DNA of 63,847 nt, filler included, from Olpidium bornovanus S191 (taxonomy: Eukaryota > Fungi > Olpidiomycota), in the NCBI GenBank assembly GCA_017911155.1. It is 31 parts of 31 records of this genome, joined end to end, with 100 filler letters (N's around TTAATTAATTAA, not from the genome) between each part and the next. Parts side by side here need not be neighbours in the genome. Positions count along the whole stretch, not along the records: positions 26,226 to 30,623 come from JAEFCI010010319.1; positions 30,724 to 32,296 come from JAEFCI010009926.1; positions 32,397 to 34,362 come from JAEFCI010007433.1; positions 34,463 to 36,535 come from JAEFCI010005392.1; 27 more parts are not named here. One strand, 5' to 3'. Positions 26,226 through 36,635 of the stretch are shown in pieces (the stretch's first letter is position 1; each line of letters opens with the position of its first letter). The translations under genes were made by a program, and so were the position numbers. A model generated the notes under the pieces. It saw only the letters and a list, made by a program, of their open reading frames with translations. It had not been told where the DNA came from and ran no database searches.

Positions 26226-27330
26226 CATGGCAAGGGCCAAGTATGCCTACTTTGATGAACGCCTTACGGACTCAAGCAAAGCGGACGAGGTTGGAATATC
26301 AGGCTGCTCAAAAAACTCACCAAATTCAAAGGTTCAGTTGCCGTCCGAACCGTGCGTCTATGGCCTCCCAGACAAACTTGGCAAGCCCGAGCTGACCGTG
26401 GCAATCTACGTCGACGACATCATCCAATCACGGGGCCGAAACGACGCACTCATGACACGCGTGGATGAAGGTCATGCTCGAGAATTCAAAATGGCAGGCG
26501 GGGCAGAACTTTCCTTTATCCTGGGCGTCAGACTCACCAAGGCAGGGGACGGATGCGTCATGGATCACGTGCACACGCCAGCTGGTGGAACGCTTCAACA
26601 TGATGGGGGCGCGGCCGGCGCCAACATTGCTAGGAAGCAAACGCTGTTGAAGAACTCTCCATGATCGGGAATACGATCAAGGAAAAGGACCTGGGACGTA
26701 AGCTGAAGCAGCGGGATCACTCATGTGGTTAGCGACAATGATGCGACCTGGCATCGCCTTCGCGGCGGTCTTCCCGGCGCGATTCATGTCCTCACCGACC
26801 GACCGCCGTTGAGGTGCCATCAGGCGGGTTTTGCGATACCTGTGGGGAACCACGGACTTCGGCGTTTATTTTGCCGGAGGAGTGGCCGATACTGGAATGA
26901 CTGCATTTTTGTGATGCATATTGGGCCGGCTGCCGTGCGACAAGGGCATCGGCGAGCAGCCTAGTTGTCATGTGCCAGACGGGACCAATATCTTGGAGGT
27001 CAAGCCGCCAGAGCTGCATCACTACATCATTATGCGACGCAGAGTTTGTTGCGAGATCCGGCCCCGCTCAAGAAGTCAAACGGCTGCAACCAACCCTGGC
27101 CAAGTTAGACCCATCCTCGATGTAAGAACCAACGACAACAACGGATTGTGGCTGGTGACGCCAAGATTTCCAGGAGATCGAAGCACATTGACATCAGGTA
27201 TGACCACATGAGGCGGAGCGCGTCCGAAGGGATCATCGAAATCCGGAGAGTGTTTCTATAGTTTTGTGGGCGACCATCGGTGAAAAACGGTGAGCCCACG
27301 GGCGAGTCCGAAAGGAAGAGGCTGAGTCGA
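26226..27330 (+). mobile_element. Degenerate Ty1/copia RT-RNase H relic with frameshifts and stops
   Basis: AIYVDDII (RT YVDD motif), FKMAGGAELSFILGVRL, and SKHIDIRYDHMRRSASEGII (copia RNase H end), split across frames. Confidence 0.85.
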
Positions 27331-27986
27331 GCGCTGAGCCCGCCTTGTTTCACGCCCGAAACCCTCTCCATGAAGTGGCGGAGAACGGCGGAATGAGGCA
27401 GCTCCCCGAGTGAGCTCTTCGAATAATCCGAAAACCCGCCCGGATCCTGCAGGGGGAAGGGGCGCCTGGGCAAAAACGCGCAACGGGGCCTTTCGCCCCC
27501 CCGCCCCTCCCCCCCTCCCGCCCGCGCGACCTTCCCCGTTGACGCGTACTCGCCGAGAGCGAGAGAGGAGGGAGAGAAAGGCAAAGAGGACGACGAGGAA
27601 GAGAAGAGAAAAAGAGGAAAAGAGAAGAGAAGAGAGGGGAGAGAGAGAGAGACAGAGAGCGAGCGAGAAAACCCCTTTCCCCGCTTGTCCCGCGCCGTCC
27701 CGCCTGGTCTCCCGCCTGGTCTCCCGCCTGGTCTCCCCACTCTCCGGCGCGGGAACCTTTTTTCTCCCCGCGGACTCGGCCCCGTCGTGGCGCTTCTTGG
27801 GCGCTCACCCCGCCAGGTGGGCGGCCGGCGGAGAAGGACGCCGGCCGCGCGTCGCGCTCCCCGCGCGGAAGCACAAGGCCCGGCGGGCGCCCGGTAAAAC
27901 CAGGCCATCCGCGACGCCGTCGCCTGCCGCCGACATCCCCGTCCCCCACCCCCGGCCTCCCCCGCGCCGCTCCTCCTTTTTCGCAA

Positions 27987-30128
27987 ATGGACCCACTTCC
28001 GGGCCCGAGCACGCTGCCGGTGCCGGAGATCCCGCCGCCGCTGCCGGAGATCCCGCCGCCCTTGCCCGATGCGGCGGCGGACGTGCCCGGCACCGGACCG
28101 CCCCCGAACGGCACGGATGCGGTTGCGGCCGACCCTGCCGCCGCCCCCGTCGCCGCGCTCGCCGCGCTCGGCGCCATCACTGCGGTCCCCGACACCAATG
28201 CCACCGTGGCCGATGCTCCCGCTGCAACTGAAGCACCGGCCGCCGCGGCCTCCGCCGTCACAAACACCAACGCCACCGCCGCCAACACCACCGTCGCCGC
28301 CAACGCCACCGTCGCCGCCAACACCACCGTTGCCGCCAACACCACCGTCGCCGCCAACACCGCCGCCGCCGCCAACACCACTGCCAACACTGTCGCAGAC
28401 GACCCCGACCGTTTCCCGTCCGAGGGCGGCGGCGGCGCTCCGGCCCTGCTCATCGTCATCGCGTCCGGCGCGGTCGTCCTGCTGGCCATCGCAGCCCTGG
28501 TCTACGCGCGCCGGCGGTCCAAGCGCCCGAAGCCTGTGCCTGACCCCGGCGCCGGCCGCGCCGCCGAGCCCCGGGCCCGGAGCGAGCACGAGACGCGCCC
28601 GCCCGTCCCCGCCGCCCAGTCCGCCGCCGCGTCCGCTGACGACGAGGACCCGGAGAAGAAGCCGCCGCACGCGCCGCAGCCGAAGGAGCAGCAGCACCGC
28701 GGCCGCCAGACTTCGGAGACGCCCCCGCCTTCGCTCACGCAGATCGCCCGTCGTCCCGACCTCCCGGCCGCCGCCTGGCCCGAGTCTTTCCGCTTGGCTG
28801 CGGAAAAGGCGGCGGACGCGTGCGACCGGGAGGGGAACCGGACGGCCCCGGCCCTCTGCGAGTCGTCCTCGGCGGAACGCGGAGATTCTGGCGGGGCATT
28901 GGAGGTTCGTGAGGAAAACCGCGTCACCGACGATCGCGCGGTGATCAACAGCGGCTCGGCTCCCGGCAGCGCGAACGTTTCCGGGACCGCTGACGCTCCA
29001 GGAGGGCATCCATCCGGCACCGGCGTCCACGGCAAGGTCGAAAGCGCCGGCGCCGACTTTGGCTCGGCGGCGGCGGCGGCGGACGCCGACCAAGAGTTCG
29101 GATGCAAACCAGGTGCCGACGCGGTGGTTTCGCCGATGGACATCCTGGCGTCCCGGGATATGCATGCGCCCGTCTTTTCCGTTGCAGGCAGCGCAGTTTT
29201 GACGCAACCGGAAACGGAACCCTTGCCGTCGTCGGCAGGCGAGAACGCGGGCGGCGCATTTGGCAGCCCGCTGCCGGCTCGTCGCCGCCACCACCCCCTC
29301 CTTTCCCCCCATTACCTCCACCACGACTCCTCCCGCACCACGACAGCCGGCCTGTCTGTGCGTAACTCGTGCGTCTCGGACGTGAGCGACGCGTCCTTCC
29401 TGCGGGGCTCGGAGCCTTCGCCGGGCAAAAACGGCCCGTTTCCGCCGTCGGAATCCGAAAGCCCCGCGGACGCGTCGTCGCTCTTGGCGCCGGGCGGCCT
29501 GCGGGCGGACTCGCTTTCCGGGTCTACCTCCGCGAACTCCCCGGGCTTCGGCGCCTTTTCTCCGGCCTACTCTCGCGGCGGCGGCGTCCCGCTCGGCGGC
29601 GCTCCTCCTCCTCCTCCTCCTCCTCCCCACGTCTACTACCACCGAGATTCGGTCGTGTCTCACGCGAGCGCCGTCGACGTGTGGACGGCGGGGCACCCGG
29701 GTTCGTCGCCGCACGCCGATCCCGGCCTCTGCCGGCAAGGCGCGCTCACTCTCTCCCCGAGCCTGCCGTCGCAGCTCTACCAGCACCGTCCGTACCTGCT
29801 GCCGTACGCCGCCGCCCAGCACCAGCACCATCCGTGCCCTCCGGGGTTCCCGCCGACCTCGCCTTCGGCGTCGTTCTACTCGTCGACCGCGTTCCGGCCC
29901 AACACTTCGCTGTACGGCGACGACTTGTACCTGCCGCCCGTTCCGGTGCCGGCCATCGGGTACAGCCCCTACCTGTGCTACCAGCGCGCCCCGCCTTCCC
30001 CGGACGAGGGGCGTCGCCAGGTCGAGGCGCGCAGGGAGGCGCTTAGGTCGCACCCGGACCTGGTCGGCCTCCTCCTGGACGACCGGATAGCCGAGCTAGA
30101 GCGGAAACCTCCTAAAGGAGACACTTGA
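27987..30128 (+). CDS. Orphan 713-aa single-pass membrane glycoprotein (Ala/Thr-rich N-terminal stalk, long disordered tail)
   Basis: Uninterrupted ATG-to-stop ORF; AANTTV repeats; hydrophobic segment ALLIVIASGAVVLLAIAALVYA followed by RRRSKR. Confidence 0.75.
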   Translation: MDPLPGPSTLPVPEIPPPLPEIPPPLPDAAADVPGTGPPPNGTDAVAADPAAAPVAALAALGAITAVPDTNATVADAPAATEAPAAAASAVTNTNATAANTTVAANATVAANTTVAANTTVAANTAAAANTTANTVADDPDRFPSEGGGGAPALLIVIASGAVVLLAIAALVYARRRSKRPKPVPDPGAGRAAEPRARSEHETRPPVPAAQSAAASADDEDPEKKPPHAPQPKEQQHRGRQTSETPPPSLTQIARRPDLPAAAWPESFRLAAEKAADACDREGNRTAPALCESSSAERGDSGGALEVREENRVTDDRAVINSGSAPGSANVSGTADAPGGHPSGTGVHGKVESAGADFGSAAAAADADQEFGCKPGADAVVSPMDILASRDMHAPVFSVAGSAVLTQPETEPLPSSAGENAGGAFGSPLPARRRHHPLLSPHYLHHDSSRTTTAGLSVRNSCVSDVSDASFLRGSEPSPGKNGPFPPSESESPADASSLLAPGGLRADSLSGSTSANSPGFGAFSPAYSRGGGVPLGGAPPPPPPPPHVYYHRDSVVSHASAVDVWTAGHPGSSPHADPGLCRQGALTLSPSLPSQLYQHRPYLLPYAAAQHQHHPCPPGFPPTSPSASFYSSTAFRPNTSLYGDDLYLPPVPVPAIGYSPYLCYQRAPPSPDEGRRQVEARREALRSHPDLVGLLLDDRIAELERKPPKGDT
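28262..28392 (+). repeat. 18-bp coding minisatellite (AANTTV units)
   Basis: About 6 units like gccgccaacaccaccgtc. Confidence 0.9.
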
Positions 30129-30543
30129 AACCCAATTTTTTTTTTTTCCTTTTTTTTGGCTTCCTCTTTCTTTTTTTTTTTTTTTCTAAGCATACTTCTC
30201 TCCCTGTCGCCTTCGTCTTTATTCGGCCCAAAATCCAGTGGATTTCGGCCCTCTTCCATTCCAGCGGCTTTCCGCCGCACTCCGCTGATTCCCTTCTCCC
30301 TCACCCCCCCTCCCCTCCTCTCCCCTTCCTCCCCCCCAAACACGCACACACGCGTGCGAACGCGCGCGCGCGCGCGAGCACACCTCGCGCGCACTTGTTG
30401 GCATCCACCTCACCGGTTTTACAGTTTTTTTTTTGTTATTCCCAGCGCGCACCAAAAAAATCAGAATCTCTCTACCCCCCACCCCACGGCAAACAAACGC
30501 GCCTCGCGCTCCGCCGTCCCCGCAGCGGCCCGCGCGCACCTTC

Positions 30544-30582
<39 letters not shown>

Positions 30583-31035
30583 GTGGGGGAGGGGGGGGGG
30601 GGGGGGGAGGGGGGCGGTGTGGANNNNNNNNNNNNNNNNNNNNNNNNNNNNNNNNNNNNNNNNNNNNTTAATTAATTAANNNNNNNNNNNNNNNNNNNNN
30701 NNNNNNNNNNNNNNNNNNNNNNNCATGCTCCCGTCCGGCATCCGCATTGCGCAGTTCTGTCTTCTGCGGCGCTGTTGCTGCGTTCGCCGTCGGTCACTCC
30801 TTGGTGGCATCAGGTCACGTGGGAAAATTTCAACAGTCGGCACCGAGGCTTCCTTCTTCGCTTTCCTTCCGTTTCTCTTCAATGATCACGGCCTGGCTTT
30901 CCCCCCCTCTCGTTTTCCGTTTCTCTCTTCTCTTCTTTTTTTTGTTCTCTCCTCTCTTTTTTTCCTTTGCGTTTCTCCTCTCTCTTCGTTTCGCGTTCCC
31001 CTCTCTCTTCGTATTGCGTTCCCCTCCTCTCTTCG

Positions 31036-31068
<33 letters not shown>

Positions 31069-31264
31069 GACCGTGCGCCACAATCCGCAGCAGGCCGAGC
31101 CCAAAGCTTCGACCCCCTTTTTTTTTTTTTTTTTCTCTCCTCCCTTCGAACCCACGAACGAGTCAACGTATCCGCCCCCTCGATAACGGCGATCGGAGCC
31201 CCGGGGCGCCATTTCTCCCCCTCCCACCCGACCGTCATAAACGCCACAGCCGGCCCCGTCGGCA

Positions 31265-31854
31265 GACGCGGTAGAAGGTAGGCATGGACCGGTCCCAGGT
31301 GCGTCCTTCTCGAGACCGCTTCGCGCCCTGCTTTTCGTCGTCGAAATCGTTAACCACGGGCCCGCCCCGCCATTGCTTCCCGAGCCTCCCCCGTGCAGTC
31401 AGAGTTCGTCGGCCGCCTATACATGTCGTTTCGAGACTCAGGGGTACGTAGTTCTACCATTTTTTTTGTGCTGCTAATCGTCAGCCGCTCCCTCGACCTC
31501 GTCCACACTCACCTCGCCATCGGCCGACGCGCCGTCTTCGTCGCCCAGTCTCTCTCGATGTCGAAAGGCTTTCAAGCACTTTCCAGCTACGCGATCTTTG
31601 ACATCGGACCTGTCGAGTTCCCGCAGACGGTAGGTGCCCGTCTCCGCCGACTTGTCCGTAATAACAAAAGGCCCAAACCACCGTTGCGCAAACTTCCGAT
31701 GCGTACCAACCTCAACTTTGATCCGCTTGTTGTGCCGGAGGACCCAGTCGCCAACCTCAAGAGGTCGAGGGTGGCGCTGTCGCTTCGCGTCGACGCGCTC
31801 TTTCTCCCAACGCTTTGTTTCGAGCATTTTCTGCCGGCCTTCCTCTACGTCCTC
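31265..31854 (-). mobile_element. Ty3/gypsy integrase C-terminus and downstream region; truncated second copy of the element at about 55053-55645
   Basis: Closely similar DNA to 55053-55645; EDVEEGRQKMLETKRWEK...LEVGDWVLR...RWFGPFVITDKSAETGTYRLRELD. Confidence 0.9.
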
Positions 31855-31908
31855 TGTAGTGGACACTCTATTATTCCCTCATTCTTCCGCCCAATGCACC
31901 GCCTTCCA

Positions 31909-32096
31909 TCGATGTACCGTTCGAGCACGATGCTTTCCGTTTAACCTCGGTGCTTTCCGTTCGATCTCGATGCCTTCCGTTCGACCTCGATGCTTTCCGT
32001 TCGATCTCGATGCCTCTCGCTCGACCTCAAAGCCCTTTGCTCGATCCCGATGCTCTTCGCCCTACTTCGATACCCACCGCTCGAGCTCGATGTACC
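31909..32096. repeat. 20-bp minisatellite, about 9 degenerate copies
   Basis: Consensus cgatgctttccgttcgatct. Confidence 0.9.
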
Positions 32097-34462
32097 GCCC
32101 GCTTCTTCTTATTGTTCGGGCCCCCCAATCGAGGGGGGCCCAAGTACGTAAAACCCTGGGGTCCGCCCCTCTTTTTAAAATTAGCTACACATCGTGGAGC
32201 TCTGCTCCCTTAGAGATAGCGCCAGGGTTACCCCTGATACTTGTCAAGGAAGAGTTGTTTATTGGTAAGATCAGGTGGGGGCACAGTAAAAAAAAANNNN
32301 NNNNNNNNNNNNNNNNNNNNNNNNNNNNNNNNNNNNNNNNTTAATTAATTAANNNNNNNNNNNNNNNNNNNNNNNNNNNNNNNNNNNNNNNNNNNNCATG
32401 AATAACCGTCGTTTGCTCGCCCTGCAGTCCCGGGCGTCGGGCCCGCGCATTTGTATAAAAAAAGAGAGAAAGAAAAGACTTCGGCGCGTGTCTGCGTACA
32501 CCTCAGTCAGCCAGGGAGCCTGCAGCGGCCGCAACGGCGTTACGAAATAGACCGCTGACGACAAGAAAACGTACGAGGCTGGCCCTGCCTGCGGACGGCG
32601 TTGCGGGCTGTTCGGGGCGTTTGATGCCGCAGTTGATAGCGGCTCGCATGCGGGATGCCGTAACCGAGTGCCCAATCCGGCGCGCGCTGGATATTGCTTG
32701 GCGCTTTCCAAGACGAACGCGATATCAGGCCGTGCGCCTTCGGCCGCGAGAGGGAAACCCCGGCCGGCGAGCTCTCTTTGCGTTCGGCGGCGCTCGGAAG
32801 CGCAGCGCCGTCGGCCGGTTATATCCGTTTTCTCCCTTTTCCCCGCCCCCACCCCACACACACAAACAAGGCCCTCACTGGCAGCCACCTCAGGTCCCCT
32901 CCCCGCTCACCGGCGCAATCTCGTTGATGCGGGCGCCGCCCTGACGGAGATGGGCTTGCCCGCCTCCCGGTAAGACAGAGATTTCCGCTCTCAGGCATCG
33001 CATGGCTCTGCGCTGGCGGAGCGAACGGCCTCGATTTATCTACTTCCCACCCCCCACCCCCGGCGGCGCTGGTTGCGTCCCGCCGCCCGTTGCGCTCCCA
33101 GAAACCGAGGCGCGCGACCGCTACTTCCTCGAGCTCCTGTCCCGTAGCTCGATCCAGGGCTTAGGCCGCACGCTGGCGCAGGCGGCAATCGTGCGCCTGC
33201 CCGGCGCCGTGACTCTCTGCGCCGTCAGGGAAAAGGGGAAGTCGAGGCAGGACGTTCCTTTGACCGGGCTCCCGCGATAATGCGCCAGTAACGTGCCATA
33301 GGTCGTTCCGCTCCAGCGTTTGCAAAATGTCAGAACGGCGCGTCGGGGAGAGGGATGGGGGGGGTTTCAGTCAGCGGGGCGTTGTCCTGTTTACAGATTT
33401 CGGGCCACGTGACTGCAAGTCGCCGGCGAGCATCGGAGAGTAGCAAAAGAAAACAGCCGTCGCAGCGCCGCGGCAAGACTCGCATCTGGGCGAAACAGCG
33501 AGAGGGAAAGAGGGAGAGAGCGAGAAAGAACAGACGGAAGAAGAGAGAAAAACTCAGGTTAAATCTGGGTTGGGCCGATTATTAGATCTTTGGCGCTGCA
33601 TCGAATGACGTCGGGCTCGAAGAACCAGATTATCCCAAACAATCAGAGAGACACGTCCGAACTGGCTCGGTGCGCTCAGCACTCCAACCCCCTCTCGTAC
33701 CTTCTGTTGAACGCGCTTACGCAACGCAATCACGCGTGCCGATTCGGTAGCTTACGGGTACGCTTTAATTTTACCCATCTCGAAGTCGCGTTCGGAATTT
33801 CATTTTTTTTCCTCCCCGTCATTTATGGCGCCATCGAGGTTCGACTCCTCGTCCCCGTGAATGGGGCGGCTGACAAGGCTATGGCTTTCGGCTTCTCTCT
33901 TCCGGCCCCAGGTTTTTTTTTTCCTTTTTTTATTTTTTTTTTGTTTTTGTTGAACTCGCGGATGGGACGCTAAACGGGGAGGTCCTCACGAGGGGGCATC
34001 ACTTCTGCGCGCATCCAGCAATTTTATTAATCATATTGATATCGGTATCGACTGTATGCTATTATTATGATCAATCGTTAGCAAATTAAAAATTATATTT
34101 TATTAGTGCGATTGGAACGCACCGCGCTGGTTCAACCGCTTGTCTCGCTCGGCTCGCAAATTCTTGACCTGATCACCGGCCCGAACACTACCGCAAAGGA
34201 AGGCCTTGGAAGGGAGGAGGGGGGGGGACACCGAGGTCGACATCACGGGGGTTCCTCCTCCGGATGAGTGGCGGCATGCGTAATCCATCGTAGCATAGTC
34301 GCCGTGTGCGTCTGTTTTTTTTTCTTTCCTTCAATTTTGGGCTGCAGCGCGCACGCGCCCTCNNNNNNNNNNNNNNNNNNNNNNNNNNNNNNNNNNNNNN
34401 NNNNNNTTAATTAATTAANNNNNNNNNNNNNNNNNNNNNNNNNNNNNNNNNNNNNNNNNNNN

Positions 34463-35865
34463 CATGATCTCTTGAACGGCACTCTGCACGTCCTGTTGCA
34501 AAAGCCCCAGGCAGTGGTGTACCTGGAGTCCCGCTGCGATCTCGACCTCGTTACGGGTCAACATACCTGATCGCAGAAGCCGGTCGCCTTCTCCAATGAC
34601 CCGCTCGCGGGCGGACGACACGCGCTCGAGCTCAGAATGCGCAGCTTCGATGCCAGTCAGGTCCGCCTCCTCAAGAATGTCTTCTGAACGTAGAGTTTCA
34701 CAAGGGCGTCGTTGGCCCGGATAACGCGATCCACGAAAAACCCGTTCCGCAGGCCCAGTCTGGGAACCTTCGCGCCTTAGCTCTAACCTAATTCTCTGAG
34801 CGTAGCGGCCGCCTTGGGCAACTCCCGCTCCCCTCCCAGAAGCTGGCCGTCCAACCTCCTCGCTAGCTGTAGGAAACGCAGGAGATGCCGCAGTGTCTCC
34901 GAGACATCGTGGATGCGCTCCAGCTGCTGCGTGGAATCCTTGATCTGGTTGTAGGGAACGCGAATTTCCGTCCGGAGGCTGTTGAGCTCTGCCAGCGTCA
35001 AAAAAACCAGCTTCAACTGCGTCGCAAAAAGGAGAGCAACCGACGCGCCGGGCAGGCTAGGGTTGCACAGCTTGTCCACCTTTGACCGGAAAAGAGTTTA
35101 CCTGTGAATCGCGACATTCAGCCCTTCGACGTTTTGTTGCACGGTGGACAGGACAGGTTCCAGGTTTCGGACGCCGGAAACTTGCCGGAGAAGGCCGTCG
35201 AGCTGGGACGCGACCTGAGTTGCAAGCATAGCAGCGAACGTGTGAGAAAGAACGCAGCACGAAAGCGGTCGCAGAGTGGCGCGCCTTGACGGATAGGGAA
35301 TCCGTGCACTTGTTAAAGTTACCTGTTCGCGGACCTGCTTGTTCAAGTTGTCAATGCTGAACGAGAGTCTTGCAAGCGACCCGGCAATGTCGTCCGCTCC
35401 GCCGGCCGCCATCCGCGGCCTTACGAGAGGCTGCTCGTCTTCGCCGTCCTCGCCGTCCGGTTCGTTTTCGTCCCCATCCCGCTTCTCCGCCCCCCCCTCC
35501 GCCTTTCCCTCCTCTCCGCTTCTCTCTGCCGCCCCTTCGGCGCGGCCGCGGCCGCGGCCGCGTGGGCCGCCGGCGCGGTTTCCACGCGGCGGCTCTTGCT
35601 TCCGGATGCAGCTCTTCGCGTACTCGTTCGCGTCGAAGTCCGGGACCAGGAACTCGCTGAATTCCGCGTACAGGTCCGGCTGCTGGTGTTGCTGCTTGCG
35701 GGAGCCTCCGGCGGCGACCGGGTTTTCGGGGTGCGGCACAACGGACTTGCGCGGGGCGAGATGCGGCGGCGGGCGCTGCTGCTGCTGCTGCTGCGCGGCG
35801 GCGGCGGCGGCGGCGGCGTGGTCCGCCGCGGACGTCTGCAGGTGTGCCGACGCCGACGGAAACAT
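34463..35865 (-). CDS. COG5: Conserved oligomeric Golgi complex subunit 5, N-terminal part
   Basis: FLVPDFDANEYA; DIAGSLARLSFSIDNLNKQVREQV; LRTEIRVPYNQIKDSTQQLERIHDVSETLRHLLRFLQLARRL...ELPKAAATLREL; LTGIEAAHSEL. Confidence 0.9.
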
Positions 35866-36635
35866 GGCGAACCTACAGGACTTATTTGGATGCAGAGAGT
35901 GAGAGAGAGGGAGAGAGAAAAGGATCTCAGACGGCGTCGTCGCCACAACAAAACAGAACCAGAACTTTTCCCGATCACCAGCGCAGAATAACCCCTTCCG
36001 GTCCTGCACCAGAAAGCAAGAATGGATAAAGCATGGATAAACCATGGAGACCAGGCAACCAGCTCAGCAGACCGAAGGGCAGGCCAGGAACGTAGGCAAG
36101 GAGCCCGCTGCAGCAAACAGCAGGTGTCCAGTTTGCCTGGGAGAGGAAGGGGGTGTGTTCCTGACTGCAGCGTGCCGCTTGACTCTGCAACAACCTTTTG
36201 CTCCAGCTGGCGCAAAACCCTTCCTGTGTTTCTGGAAGTTGGTCCAGATGTGTCTGTTAACACCATCCACAAATTGAGACAGTTTGGAAAGTTTTTCGTT
36301 TTCCTGAGAGAAATGAGTTACGCGCAGTTTCCTCTTCGTTTTTCCCTAGATTGCGCAAGTCTGCACAGCAACTGTTGACTGGAACATTCCCAACTAGGAA
36401 TACAGAGAAAAAGACATGCCAAACAGGTAGACAAGGTTTTTGGGAGCACACTGCAAAAACAGAACCTCCCTAGCACACCACGCAGCTGAGCTAAGTGGCT
36501 ATCCAAAAACGGGCAAAACGCACCCTTTAGTTAAANNNNNNNNNNNNNNNNNNNNNNNNNNNNNNNNNNNNNNNNNNNNTTAATTAATTAANNNNNNNNN
36601 NNNNNNNNNNNNNNNNNNNNNNNNNNNNNNNNNNN

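Noticed and set aside
27105-30053. 982-aa minus-strand ORF, plus other long Arg/Gly/Pro-rich ORFs throughout the track
   Set aside because: Antisense shadow of the GC-rich 713-aa gene; stop-poor frames are expected at this GC content and show no domain signal.
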